Shown here: positions 1 to 9,465 of the stretch, piece after piece
Layout: every line of letters begins with the position of its first letter
Numbering within the stretch: the stretch's first letter is position 1
IMG/VR virus record: IMGVR_UViG_3300025401_000648
Length of the DNA: 64,000 nucleotides
Strand: one strand, 5' to 3'
Source of the DNA: a virus
Taxonomy: Duplodnaviria > Caudoviricetes
Position numbers and translations under genes: made by a program
The notes under the pieces: model-generated
What the model was told of the DNA's origin: nothing
What the model saw: only the letters and a program-made list of their open reading frames with translations
Database searches by the model: none

Positions 1-15
1 ATAAAAGGAAATAAA

Positions 16-255
16 ATGAGTGAAGATAACACAGCACAAGTCGCAAGTACAGCAGTTGGCGGAGATGCTACTGCCGTTCCAGAACAACCACAATTGAGTA
101 TCACTGACCTACAAAACCTACGTGCTATTGTAGATGTATCAGTTAAGCGTGGGGCATTTGGCGCATCAGAAATCAGCGCAGTTGGAGCAACGTTTGACAA
201 GCTAAACGCATTTTTAAATGCTGTAGCACCTCAAACTGACGCACCAACAGCTTAA
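16..255 (+). CDS. Hypothetical phage protein (79 aa)
   Basis: ORF with SD-like AAAGGA upstream; first of three co-oriented genes leading to thyA. Confidence 0.8.
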   Translation: MSEDNTAQVASTAVGGDATAVPEQPQLSITDLQNLRAIVDVSVKRGAFGASEISAVGATFDKLNAFLNAVAPQTDAPTA

Positions 256-267
256 TAGGAGAACACA

Positions 268-909
268 ATGAAACATACCGGCAAAATGAGTAATAACGGC
301 GCTAAAGTCGTTATCGCTTACAGAACATTACCTGGAGATTCAAATAGTGCGTTAGTAATTGGCACCAATAATCTAGGTGACACATATCATGACGCAATTA
401 TGAATTTACTACAAGATGTTAGCGGGCAACAAGCCAACGAATTTGCCGATATTCTTGCTGTTCGTAAATTCCCAGATGGCGCTGGAATGTTAGAATGGCT
501 ACATACTCGTGGCCATCTAAAGAAGGTTCCAACCAAAATGGTCATTGTAACACCTAACAATCAAACATCTATTCCATTAAATGAACTAAATGAATTGATT
601 GCTCAACAAAAGGGTATCAGTGTAGACGAACTAGCAATCACTGATGGCAAAACTCCAAACAAGAAAACTGCGCCCAAAGACGATCCAACTAAGACCACAA
701 GTGCTACTGTAAACGCTGGCGAAGAAGATGTTACTACTGATCCAACTCCAGTGGCAGCAAAAGCAGTGGTGGAAGATATTAGTGACCTAACACCAACCCA
801 ATTGCGTTCACGTGCTGATAAATTATTTAAAGAAGCACAGACATTGCGTAAGCAAGCTGACGCAATTGATCCTCCTAAAAAACGAACCAAGACTGTTGAA
901 ACTGTTTAA
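268..909 (+). CDS. Hypothetical phage protein (213 aa), K/T/P-rich C-terminal linker
   Basis: ORF with SD AGGAG; its TAA overlaps the thyA ATG (TAATG). Confidence 0.85.
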   Translation: MKHTGKMSNNGAKVVIAYRTLPGDSNSALVIGTNNLGDTYHDAIMNLLQDVSGQQANEFADILAVRKFPDGAGMLEWLHTRGHLKKVPTKMVIVTPNNQTSIPLNELNELIAQQKGISVDELAITDGKTPNKKTAPKDDPTKTTSATVNAGEEDVTTDPTPVAAKAVVEDISDLTPTQLRSRADKLFKEAQTLRKQADAIDPPKKRTKTVETV

Positions 910-1793
910 TGAGTAATTCTGAAAAAGTATATCTAAACGCATTACGAGACATTTTAGAAAACGGCGATGACCGACCTGATCGTACAGGGGTAGGTACACG
1001 CAGTATCTTTGGTCTCCAAATGCGTTTTGATTTAAGCGAAGGATTCCCTGCCATCACCACCAAAAAACTAGCATGGAAGGCCTGTGTTAGTGAATTACTT
1101 TGGTTTATTGAAGGTTCGGGTGATGAACGAAGACTTGCTGAAATTTTACATGGTACACGTAACCCAAATATGAAAACTATTTGGACTGACAATGTTACCG
1201 CAGATTATTGGATTAAAAAACGTCACCAACGAAATGCCGCAGATTTAGGCCGTGTTTACGGGGTACAATGGCGTCGTTGGCGTAAACCGTTAATACGCAT
1301 TAATAAAGTTGTTCTTCAAAATCATGATCAGTTACTGGAATTGATTGCAGGTATTAAAGATGATCCATATGGACGTAGACATATTATATCAGCTTGGAAT
1401 CCTGGAGAACTTGATTTAATGGCATTACCACCATGTCATATGATGGCACAATTTTATGTCAGCAATGGTAGATTGAGTTGTCATATGTATCAACGTAGTG
1501 CTGATTTTGGATTAGGTGTTCCATTCAACATTGCTTCTTATGCCTTGTTTACTCATATGTTAGCACAAGTATGTTATTTAGAAGTAGGTGATTTAATTAT
1601 CTCTTTTGGTGACGCACATATCTACAGCAATCACATCGAACAGATCAAAGAACAGTTAAAACGAGAACCACTGCCATTGCCCCAATTAAAGTTGAACCCA
1701 GATATTAGGGTTATTACCGATTTTGAAATGGAAGATATTGAATTAGTTGGATATGAAAGTCATCCCGCTATTACAATGCCAATGGCAGTATAA
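909..1793 (+). CDS. thyA: Thymidylate synthase (ThyA/Td type)
   Basis: Motifs DRTGVGT, RRHIISAWNP, ALPPCH (catalytic Cys), YQRSAD-GLGVPFNIASY, GDAHIY; uninterrupted 294 aa. Confidence 0.98.
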   Translation: MSNSEKVYLNALRDILENGDDRPDRTGVGTRSIFGLQMRFDLSEGFPAITTKKLAWKACVSELLWFIEGSGDERRLAEILHGTRNPNMKTIWTDNVTADYWIKKRHQRNAADLGRVYGVQWRRWRKPLIRINKVVLQNHDQLLELIAGIKDDPYGRRHIISAWNPGELDLMALPPCHMMAQFYVSNGRLSCHMYQRSADFGLGVPFNIASYALFTHMLAQVCYLEVGDLIISFGDAHIYSNHIEQIKEQLKREPLPLPQLKLNPDIRVITDFEMEDIELVGYESHPAITMPMAV

Positions 1794-1809
1794 TAATTAA
1801 TGAATTAAC

Positions 1810-3021
1810 TTAAAGAACTAAAACTTCAATAACCGCAGGACCATACGCATTAGTGCCTATGGCTTTGGCAAATACTGCGTTAAGTTCATCACCCCCAGAA
1901 ATATATGCTTCTGCGTATCCTGGCATCCAGCTAGTAACTAACAAGTCACCTTTATTAATTGGCCCTAAAACCTGGCATGGAACACGGCCTTTTAGGGCAA
2001 TAGCGGGGTGAGTTTCGTCATTTCCAGCGTCTTTATTCATTAAATAGGCCGGATTTGTAGACACTATACCTATTACTGTGGTATCAGCATGATTATTAGT
2101 AACAGTAACTTCGTTAGATCCACCTAAACATAAAACAGTACCCGGAGCATAAACAGCATCTGCCCAATAACGTTCTGCTAGGTCAGCATATTGTGCCGCT
2201 GTGGCTGTTGCGTTTAATACCTGTGTAGATACATTGTAATTAAATGTGCTGGTAGATAATATTGTCTGGGATCCAGTGGCCTGCACTAATGGAACATTCA
2301 GCACACCAGATGAAGTTGTAGATACCGTTACCTGAGATGCTAGATTGGCTGTAAGTGCTTCGGCGGCAGTTCCCCAAAGATAAAATCCACTGGCCTGTGT
2401 TGATCCAGAACCGTTGGCATCTTTCAAGGTTATACCAGCTACTACGCCATTAACAAAGTTTGAATATAAGTCTGAAGTTGTTTTTGGTTCAAAAGACGAA
2501 TTAGATATCACTGCCACTGGGTTTGACCCAATGTAGCCTTTTAAAATATTATAGGTATTTCCATCTGCTCCAATTTCAGCAACAGGTTGCCAGGATGCCA
2601 CTGACTCAACTGAGTTATATGGTCCAATAGTAATCCATCTACCGTATTCTGAGCTCCAAGAATTTAATTGTACTGATTGAGTATTCCACCAAAGATCACC
2701 ATCCAATGGTGTAGCAGTGATAGCCGGGTCCGTACTTTGGCTGGTGATATTGGCCAAAGGTTTAAAATTTATACCGTCGTAGCATACATTTAAATTACGT
2801 TCATTGGTGTTATTATTGAACCAGAGTTGACCTTGGACAGGCTTACTTGGAGCTGTACTATTGGCAAAACTTTCCAACAAGTATATAAAATTTTGGTTTT
2901 GTATTTGGCCATATCCGCTGTAATTACGACCAACAAACGATAGGCTGGTAGATTCGTCGACTGATCCGTCATCAACAGTGACTAATTTGCTTCCATTTGA
3001 ATTGTATAATATGTATGGCAT
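1810..3021 (-). CDS. Tail fibre/baseplate-attached protein with C-terminal autocleaving chaperone-like (peptidase G2/IMC-like) domain
   Basis: Shared N-terminal module (MPY..SNG..D..TSL.FVG.NY..YGQ..NQNF..LLE.FA....P..P..GQLW); C-terminal YADLAERY...GIVSTNP...ALKGRVP...KGDLLV. Confidence 0.7.
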   Translation of the reverse strand: MPYILYNSNGSKLVTVDDGSVDESTSLSFVGRNYSGYGQIQNQNFIYLLESFANSTAPSKPVQGQLWFNNNTNERNLNVCYDGINFKPLANITSQSTDPAITATPLDGDLWWNTQSVQLNSWSSEYGRWITIGPYNSVESVASWQPVAEIGADGNTYNILKGYIGSNPVAVISNSSFEPKTTSDLYSNFVNGVVAGITLKDANGSGSTQASGFYLWGTAAEALTANLASQVTVSTTSSGVLNVPLVQATGSQTILSTSTFNYNVSTQVLNATATAAQYADLAERYWADAVYAPGTVLCLGGSNEVTVTNNHADTTVIGIVSTNPAYLMNKDAGNDETHPAIALKGRVPCQVLGPINKGDLLVTSWMPGYAEAYISGGDELNAVFAKAIGTNAYGPAVIEVLVL

Positions 3022-3031
3022 TTCTAAATCC

Positions 3032-4678
3032 TTAAGTTTTAATTATTCCGTAGAGGGCGATATTTTTTGGACGTGTTTCACCAACATCCGCAATAGGATT
3101 ACCAGCTGCATCTTCAGCATTGCCAGTTAACCACATCTGTGCTCCGCCACCGTAACTGGATCTAGCATCATAATTAAATGGACCAACTGATGTGCCTGGC
3201 CAGTTGCTTGATCCAGCGGCACCTGTCAATTGATCATCGCCCGGAAATACATGGTAGTGCGATTTTATAACAGCATTGTCTGATTGTATAGTTGAGTACA
3301 ACCTACCAGGATCTCTGCCAGCACCATGATCGGCACCCCGTACAAAATAACCTCGAAGATCTGGTAGAGTAAAACTTGCGCCGTTGGCCCCGTAAGGGCT
3401 GGTAGCACCGCCCAAAGCAATATATAAATTGTAATATTGATCAACGCCTACAGATGAACCGTCTGCTAATAGGAATCCTGCTGGCACAGTTCCACCAGCA
3501 ATGTACATGATCGTTCCTGGTGGTATTGGTGTATACCCAGCTGCCAATGATGAAATTTGTAATTGTAAAGTTGCTATAGTTGCCGACAAGGTTGCCGCGA
3601 CTGTATCAACATAAGTCTTTGTGGCTTTTTGTGTTGCTAGATTTCCGTCCGAATCTGCTGATAAAGTACCGTCTGTATCAAATTTACTAATTGTTTGATT
3701 GTTACTGGCCGATATTAAATTGGTAAATGTTGCCGATGATAATATGACACCATTAACATTTAAACTATTTGAAGAAATATTTTGTGAATGAACGCTGTTG
3801 GTCCAAACTGTGCCCCATGTTAGACTTTGGGATCCTAAATTTACAGCATTAGTAGTTGATGGAGTAATTGAAGTATCAGCGAACCAAGATCCAGCCAAAA
3901 TACCAGCATTATTAAAACTAGTTAGTTTAGATGCGGTCAAACCGTTGACCGAAGTATTTCCTGATGAATTTCTTTGTACAATTGATGCGCCTGCCGATAT
4001 AGATGATGCTGTGAGATAGGTCGACTGAGTTTCATCTAATAAAGCGTTTGAAGACCCGCTAGTTTGAGAGTATCCAAAAAGTTCCACATCACTGCTGGCA
4101 TAATTTTTAAATGTAATGCCTCTATTCAATGAAGGGAATCCGTCCACAGCATTTACATAGGAAATGTTAAAAGCATCTCGGCTTATAATGGCAATTACTT
4201 CGCCGTTTATTACACATTCAATAACAGCATGGGCAACATTGTTAGTGTCCATTAATTCCACTGAACTAAACTTTGTTGTACTAAATCCAGAAACACCTTC
4301 TGGACCAATATTGATAAACCCGGTGCCTGTATTAATTTTTAAAATTTGATTGCTAGTATCAAACCAAAGATTGCCTTGTATTGATACAATGGGCGGAATT
4401 GCGTCATAGGTAATAACACCCAAAGTTTGCCAACCATTATTATAAACATTTAAAGAATTATTAGTAGTATCAAACCATAATTGCCCAACTAATGGACTAA
4501 CTGGTGGCACTCCGTAGGCAAAATTTTCCAACATATGGATAAAATCAGAATTTTGAGCTTGGCCGAACCCAACAACATTTTTGCCAATAAGAGAAATACT
4601 AGACGATATACTGTCAATTGTACCATCAGCTATTTCAGTTAATACAGTTCCGTCAGATTTTAAAATTTGATATGACAT
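3032..4678 (-). CDS. Tail fibre with phage tail-collar domain (gp12-like C-terminus)
   Basis: Shared N-terminal module; C-terminal PPGTIMYIAG...GFLLADG...LPDLRGYFVRG...HYH...ETRPKNIALYGIIK collar and tip motifs. Confidence 0.8.
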   Translation of the reverse strand: MSYQILKSDGTVLTEIADGTIDSISSSISLIGKNVVGFGQAQNSDFIHMLENFAYGVPPVSPLVGQLWFDTTNNSLNVYNNGWQTLGVITYDAIPPIVSIQGNLWFDTSNQILKINTGTGFINIGPEGVSGFSTTKFSSVELMDTNNVAHAVIECVINGEVIAIISRDAFNISYVNAVDGFPSLNRGITFKNYASSDVELFGYSQTSGSSNALLDETQSTYLTASSISAGASIVQRNSSGNTSVNGLTASKLTSFNNAGILAGSWFADTSITPSTTNAVNLGSQSLTWGTVWTNSVHSQNISSNSLNVNGVILSSATFTNLISASNNQTISKFDTDGTLSADSDGNLATQKATKTYVDTVAATLSATIATLQLQISSLAAGYTPIPPGTIMYIAGGTVPAGFLLADGSSVGVDQYYNLYIALGGATSPYGANGASFTLPDLRGYFVRGADHGAGRDPGRLYSTIQSDNAVIKSHYHVFPGDDQLTGAAGSSNWPGTSVGPFNYDARSSYGGGAQMWLTGNAEDAAGNPIADVGETRPKNIALYGIIKT

Positions 4679-4687
4679 TACTTTTCC

Positions 4688-5701
4688 TTACATTACCACG
4701 TTGACCGTAGCAGTTGTTATTACACTGTAATATTTTGTTCCTGTAGAATAAATTTCAACTGGTTGCCAGCTAATACCTTGTAGGCTATTATTTTGAATTT
4801 GGAATCTACGAACTTGTGTACCAACACCGCTGTTACCAGTTGCTCCTGATTTACTAAATGAGCAAATTACTCTGGCTTCAGATCCTAAAGGAATTCCAAC
4901 CTCATTGGTTGATGTGGAAACAGATACTGGATACATTAGTTTTAAGACACTGGTAATTGCTTGATTTTGTAATTGGTAGGACACATATAATGATACATTA
5001 TGTGAATCACTAGTTGTTAATACTGATGGATCTAAAGAATCAATGCTAACTGATGCCGATAAGTATCTATTAAATACCTGTCCCGATACCTTTAGGTCAC
5101 CGTTAATTGTCAAACCGGCAACTACTGTAGCAGTACTGGTACTAAAATATGTTTGGGCGGCTGCTGGAGTCATTGAAAAAGCAGAGTTGCTTAATACCCC
5201 AACTGTTGTTCCATAGTTGTTTAATAATGTAACCTGTTGCGTCGCCAATGTAGTAGCATCAACCAATGTGGCAGCAGGTAATACCCATCCGTTACTGCCC
5301 ACTGATTGTGGGAATACAGGACCAACAGTGTATAATACATTATCATTGAATAATTTTAATTGACTATTTGTACTATCCCACCAAAATGCTCCAGAATTTA
5401 AAATACCAGGCTGTGTTCCAGAGACAATAGCACCGCTAACTGGGTTAAAACCATTATCATAAACATATAATCGTTGAGCAGTAGTATTATACCATAATTG
5501 TCCAGTTACTGGATTTGCTGGGGGATTTCCATAGGTACTGGAAAAACTTTCTAATAATTTTACAAAGTTATTGTTGATATACTGTCCATAATTACTGACA
5601 TTTTTACCAACTAAAGAAAGGCTAGTTGTAACATTGTCTACTGAATTATCTGACAATAATAATAGCGTGGTTCCGTCTGAATTTAAAATTGTATATGCCA
5701 T
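4688..5701 (-). CDS. Tail fibre/baseplate-attached protein (paralogous N-terminal module)
   Basis: Same N-terminal module (MAYTILNSDGT...TSLSLVGKN..NYGQ..NNNF.KLLESF...GQLWY). Confidence 0.7.
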   Translation of the reverse strand: MAYTILNSDGTTLLLLSDNSVDNVTTSLSLVGKNVSNYGQYINNNFVKLLESFSSTYGNPPANPVTGQLWYNTTAQRLYVYDNGFNPVSGAIVSGTQPGILNSGAFWWDSTNSQLKLFNDNVLYTVGPVFPQSVGSNGWVLPAATLVDATTLATQQVTLLNNYGTTVGVLSNSAFSMTPAAAQTYFSTSTATVVAGLTINGDLKVSGQVFNRYLSASVSIDSLDPSVLTTSDSHNVSLYVSYQLQNQAITSVLKLMYPVSVSTSTNEVGIPLGSEARVICSFSKSGATGNSGVGTQVRRFQIQNNSLQGISWQPVEIYSTGTKYYSVITTATVNVVM

Positions 5702-5702
5702 T

Positions 5703-7514
5703 TTAGTACTTTATTATATAGTTGACGTAGCCGGTCTCAGTACCGGGTACTTTGTATACTGCTGTTGCTGTTCTTAAATCAGGAACATTAAAATTAGGAA
5801 CAACTCCTCCATAGATAAAATTACCAGCACCTTGATATTGTAGCGCGGCAGCTAGATTAGGGTATGATGATATAGCATGACTTGATCCGTCACACAATAA
5901 CCAACCTGCTGGGGGAATATTATTTCCATGCATGATTATCATTCCTGCAGAGTAAAATCCTTGATTTAACTGATTTATACTAATTTTTTGAAGGCCTGTG
6001 TAACTAGCATTAGTAGATGTATCAACCACCATTAATGTCATGTTATTTGATGTATATGTTGCAGTATGCTGGGCTGTAATTGCGCTAGCAGTCAATGTTG
6101 TATTAAATGTTGCCGTTGAACCATTTCCATAAAACACAACATTAGTGGCGGTTACCTGTCCTTGTATTTTAAAATTAGTACCATAAGCCAATGCGGTAGC
6201 CGGGCCATTGAATACCCCAAATACCTGTGTACTAGTAGTACCAATTGCGTTGGCATAAATTCTGTTAAACTGTGCTGATGCGGATCCTATGTCATAAGTA
6301 CTAGTCACTGATGGTAAAATTCCGGCACCAGCTTGCGGATTACCATTTCCATCTAACCAATTTACATAAATTTGTCCGTCAACTGTTATATCATCGCCAA
6401 ATACTGATGTGCCACCAACACTTAATGTGCCAGATGTGGCAACATTGCCAGTTATTGTAGTAGAACCGCCTACACTAAGGCCAAGAGACACACTGGCCGG
6501 TCCATTAACTACTAAACTAGGATTATTAATGGATGTTGTTGTATTGATTGTAACGACCCCATCAGCAACTACCACTGTGTTGTTTGGCAAACTACTGATG
6601 CCATTAGTTGTTTTAATGACAATGTTACCACCGGCAGTGTTGTTTAGCAACACAGCATCGTTAATGTATTTGTATAATTGTATATAGTTGCTACTATTAG
6701 ATCCAGCTATATTAATAACTACCCCGTCGCGCCCTTGTGATCCAGATTGATTATTAGCATTGGGTGTTGAAAATAGTAGTCGACCTGTGATTACTTGACC
6801 GTTTACTGAATTATCATTTTTTCTTAAAAAACTACCGGCACTATATAACGAATTATTAACAGTTAAATTGGCCGCACTAACTGATACGCCATTTAAAAAT
6901 GATCCTGAAACAACATTAACTCCAGGATATATTCCGGTAAAACCAGAAATTATTGGATTTGGAATAAAAGTTTCATTTGCTAGTATCGTTACTCGAGATC
7001 CGTTGACATAAGTAGATGTGATTTGATGATTAGTGCCTGTAGTATCTACTACAGTTTCAACAACAGGGCCATTCAATTCGCCAGTTCCAGCATTTCCAAC
7101 AGCAATCCAACTACCAGCATTGTAAATGTTAAGCTGGCTTAATTGAGTGTTAACCCAAATATCTCCAGATTTTAATGTAGTGGTTAATGATGGATCAGTG
7201 GCCTGCTGATAAATTCCGTTTGCGCTGGCCCAATTAACAGCACCAGCTGTGCCATCCATTATGCGTAATACTTTATTACCAGGATTGCTGGTGTCGTACC
7301 ATAACTGACCTTCAATAGGATTGGCAGGCGGTAACGAACTAGAAAAGTTTTCTAAAAGACTTAGGAAATTTTGATCAATTGCTTGTCCAAAATTTGGGTA
7401 TCCTTTTCCAACCAAAGTTAAACTAGTATCAACAGTATTAACACCTGGAGGCATATCTGGAACTGTAATAGCAGTAATTTTACTTGGGTCTGAAAAATTA
7501 AGTGTATATGGCAT
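5703..7514 (-). CDS. Tail fibre with short tail-collar domain
   Basis: Shared N-terminal module; C-terminal GMIIMHGNNIPPAGWLLCDGSS...FNVPDLR collar motif. Confidence 0.8.
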   Translation of the reverse strand: MPYTLNFSDPSKITAITVPDMPPGVNTVDTSLTLVGKGYPNFGQAIDQNFLSLLENFSSSLPPANPIEGQLWYDTSNPGNKVLRIMDGTAGAVNWASANGIYQQATDPSLTTTLKSGDIWVNTQLSQLNIYNAGSWIAVGNAGTGELNGPVVETVVDTTGTNHQITSTYVNGSRVTILANETFIPNPIISGFTGIYPGVNVVSGSFLNGVSVSAANLTVNNSLYSAGSFLRKNDNSVNGQVITGRLLFSTPNANNQSGSQGRDGVVINIAGSNSSNYIQLYKYINDAVLLNNTAGGNIVIKTTNGISSLPNNTVVVADGVVTINTTTSINNPSLVVNGPASVSLGLSVGGSTTITGNVATSGTLSVGGTSVFGDDITVDGQIYVNWLDGNGNPQAGAGILPSVTSTYDIGSASAQFNRIYANAIGTTSTQVFGVFNGPATALAYGTNFKIQGQVTATNVVFYGNGSTATFNTTLTASAITAQHTATYTSNNMTLMVVDTSTNASYTGLQKISINQLNQGFYSAGMIIMHGNNIPPAGWLLCDGSSHAISSYPNLAAALQYQGAGNFIYGGVVPNFNVPDLRTATAVYKVPGTETGYVNYIIKY

Positions 7515-7516
7515 GA

Positions 7517-8164
7517 TTAATTCCCGCTGTTGCTAAGACTTTGAACCCTAACTGTATAATCAATTTGAATCATTCTATTCAATGATTTTTGTACTGGATG
7601 GAATATGACATGTGTTAATAACATTCCTGTGCCCGGTCCATTTGGACTATAACTTAATAAACCTAATTCATCAAATACATAAGTTCCATTAGAATTAGTA
7701 GCATTGTCAAATGCTGTTTGACCGTTGGGTTCGCCAAAATCTAATAGACAGCTTACTAAAATATCGCTATAAGCAGTACCAGTAATATGACGTACCTGCA
7801 TGTAGTTATTTGTGGGATTTAAATCAGTAGTTTGCTGTGCGTCTACGGTTTTATAATAAGTTTGATTGTACAAACTAGCGCTGGTGCCAATTGTATTTGG
7901 AGTTAGATATGTAATAATTCCAGTATCATCAACTCGTGTGCCGCCATTGCCAAACGCCATTTCATAGATAGTACCATATCCTTGATTACTCAAACTCTGC
8001 GCCATAGCAAGACTAAAATTTTCGTAATGGATCGCATTCTTTTTATCAATGAACACTTCTTTAGTATTAGGGTCAAATATCTTAATATGCCCTTGTACTC
8101 GCATATTGCCCTGTTCATTGGGCTTTTGTTGTGGGTAGTTTGTCATTGTTGAGCTCTGTTTCAT
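7517..8164 (-). CDS. Virion structural protein (baseplate/fibre-attachment; possibly DUF3751-like)
   Basis: Lies in the baseplate operon; IYEMAFGNGG resembles tail-collar-fibre N-terminal motifs; true start may be Met7 (8146). Confidence 0.6.
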   Translation of the reverse strand: MKQSSTMTNYPQQKPNEQGNMRVQGHIKIFDPNTKEVFIDKKNAIHYENFSLAMAQSLSNQGYGTIYEMAFGNGGTRVDDTGIITYLTPNTIGTSASLYNQTYYKTVDAQQTTDLNPTNNYMQVRHITGTAYSDILVSCLLDFGEPNGQTAFDNATNSNGTYVFDELGLLSYSPNGPGTGMLLTHVIFHPVQKSLNRMIQIDYTVRVQSLSNSGN

Positions 8165-8168
8165 ATGA

Positions 8169-8174
8169 TATTTA
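8169..8174 (-). promoter_or_regulatory. Putative late promoter (TAAATA)
   Basis: T4 late consensus TATAAATA core in a short intergenic gap. Confidence 0.55.
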
Positions 8175-8187
8175 TCTATGTATTTTC

Positions 8188-9465
8188 TTAGTGTTTAAAT
8201 CGTGTATTGGATCTCGGAAATGTCTGCCCTTGATTAGGTCGAATACTAGACTGTCTTGGAAATGTCATACCTTGGTTTGATCGAAGACTTTGAATAAGAC
8301 TCAGTAAAGAATACCCGTTTGGCGCTCCCATACCTGTAACAGGATCCCAACCAACTCGTGATGCGTATCCTTGGGCTATGGCTGTGGCATTGGTACCTGT
8401 AGTGATATCGTAAAATGCAGTTGGATTGGCATAAAACAGTTGATTGTATGCTACTGATCCCAATGCTTTACCAGTTAATGCCTTGATTCTAGCTATCATG
8501 CCTGCCATAACAGGAGTGGATGCGCTAGTACCACCAACACCGCTTAGAGTTCCGCTAGTATAAAACGCATAGGCGTTGGCCATTGGACCAGAAATGTCTG
8601 GAATACCCCTCGCAGTCACAGATGTTAATGCTCCGGTAACGTGAGTCGAACTATTATATGTTTGATATTGTAGCCCACTTTGCCAGCTAGGAGCTGAAAA
8701 TATTGAACTAAATCCGCCGCCACTACCAAAAGTACTACCAAAAGTAGAGTCGTCTTGTTCGGTTGTTTCTGTTAAACGAGTATTGGTTCCTGTGTTTATG
8801 GTAAGATGAGTCCCACCAACAGCAATCATATAGGGACTAGACGGCGGATAGTTGACTGCCAATACATTTCCCGAATCAGAACCAAGGTCTCCCGAACTGT
8901 TTACAAAAGCAATATTATTGGAATTAGCTGATTGTAGCTGTGATGATAAAAAATCTCCACCAGATTCACTGAATGTCCAACTCATTGATATTACATCACA
9001 CCCATCAGAAACAGCTCTAGCAATAGTACTTCGAACATTAGCCACTGTAGTAGAACTGGTGTTTATGTAAATGGTAATATTGGCCTGAGGGACTAATGTG
9101 GCAATACATGTGATATCTAATATATTTTCTCCGTCAGCATTGCTGTCACTAGTGCCAGTTGCGCCATTTAACAATACCTGCGTTATAGTTGGTGCTGATA
9201 CTGATGCTGGAAGAATACCCCTTGTTTTATAATCTGAAAATGTTGAATTAAGATCGCTTTGAAGGAAAGTTCCACCAAAACTAATAATTCCAACCTTAAT
9301 ACCTGCTCCAGAATGATACGGCATATTATATGCTGTAGCAATTTGAGGGGGTGTAAGATATACATAATTACCACTATAATAGTAGCCAGTATTTGTGTGT
9401 ACTGATTCATCAATTGGCGTTACAGTTAAATCCGCAAGCTGGGCGACTATTTGTTCATCAGACAT
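8188..9465 (-). CDS. Sedolisin/kumamolisin-type serine-carboxyl peptidase (MEROPS S53), no evident prodomain
   Basis: DGENILD (Glu113/Asp117), SGDLGS (oxyanion Asp193), GGTSAS (Ser314), Ca-site-like FYDITTG...GWDPVTGMG, and TPPQIATAY resembling the start of the mature enzyme. Confidence 0.9.
   Translation of the reverse strand: MSDEQIVAQLADLTVTPIDESVHTNTGYYYSGNYVYLTPPQIATAYNMPYHSGAGIKVGIISFGGTFLQSDLNSTFSDYKTRGILPASVSAPTITQVLLNGATGTSDSNADGENILDITCIATLVPQANITIYINTSSTTVANVRSTIARAVSDGCDVISMSWTFSESGGDFLSSQLQSANSNNIAFVNSSGDLGSDSGNVLAVNYPPSSPYMIAVGGTHLTINTGTNTRLTETTEQDDSTFGSTFGSGGGFSSIFSAPSWQSGLQYQTYNSSTHVTGALTSVTARGIPDISGPMANAYAFYTSGTLSGVGGTSASTPVMAGMIARIKALTGKALGSVAYNQLFYANPTAFYDITTGTNATAIAQGYASRVGWDPVTGMGAPNGYSLLSLIQSLRSNQGMTFPRQSSIRPNQGQTFPRSNTRFKH

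Noticed and set aside
909-1793. Group I intron in thyA (as in T4 td) linked to the GIY-YIG gene
   Set aside because: thyA is a contiguous 294-aa ORF with all motifs, and the GIY-YIG gene is 37 kb away.
1794-1809. Bidirectional terminator between the convergent thyA and fibre operons
   Set aside because: Only a 16-nt AT-rich gap with no GC stem; a terminator cannot be supported.
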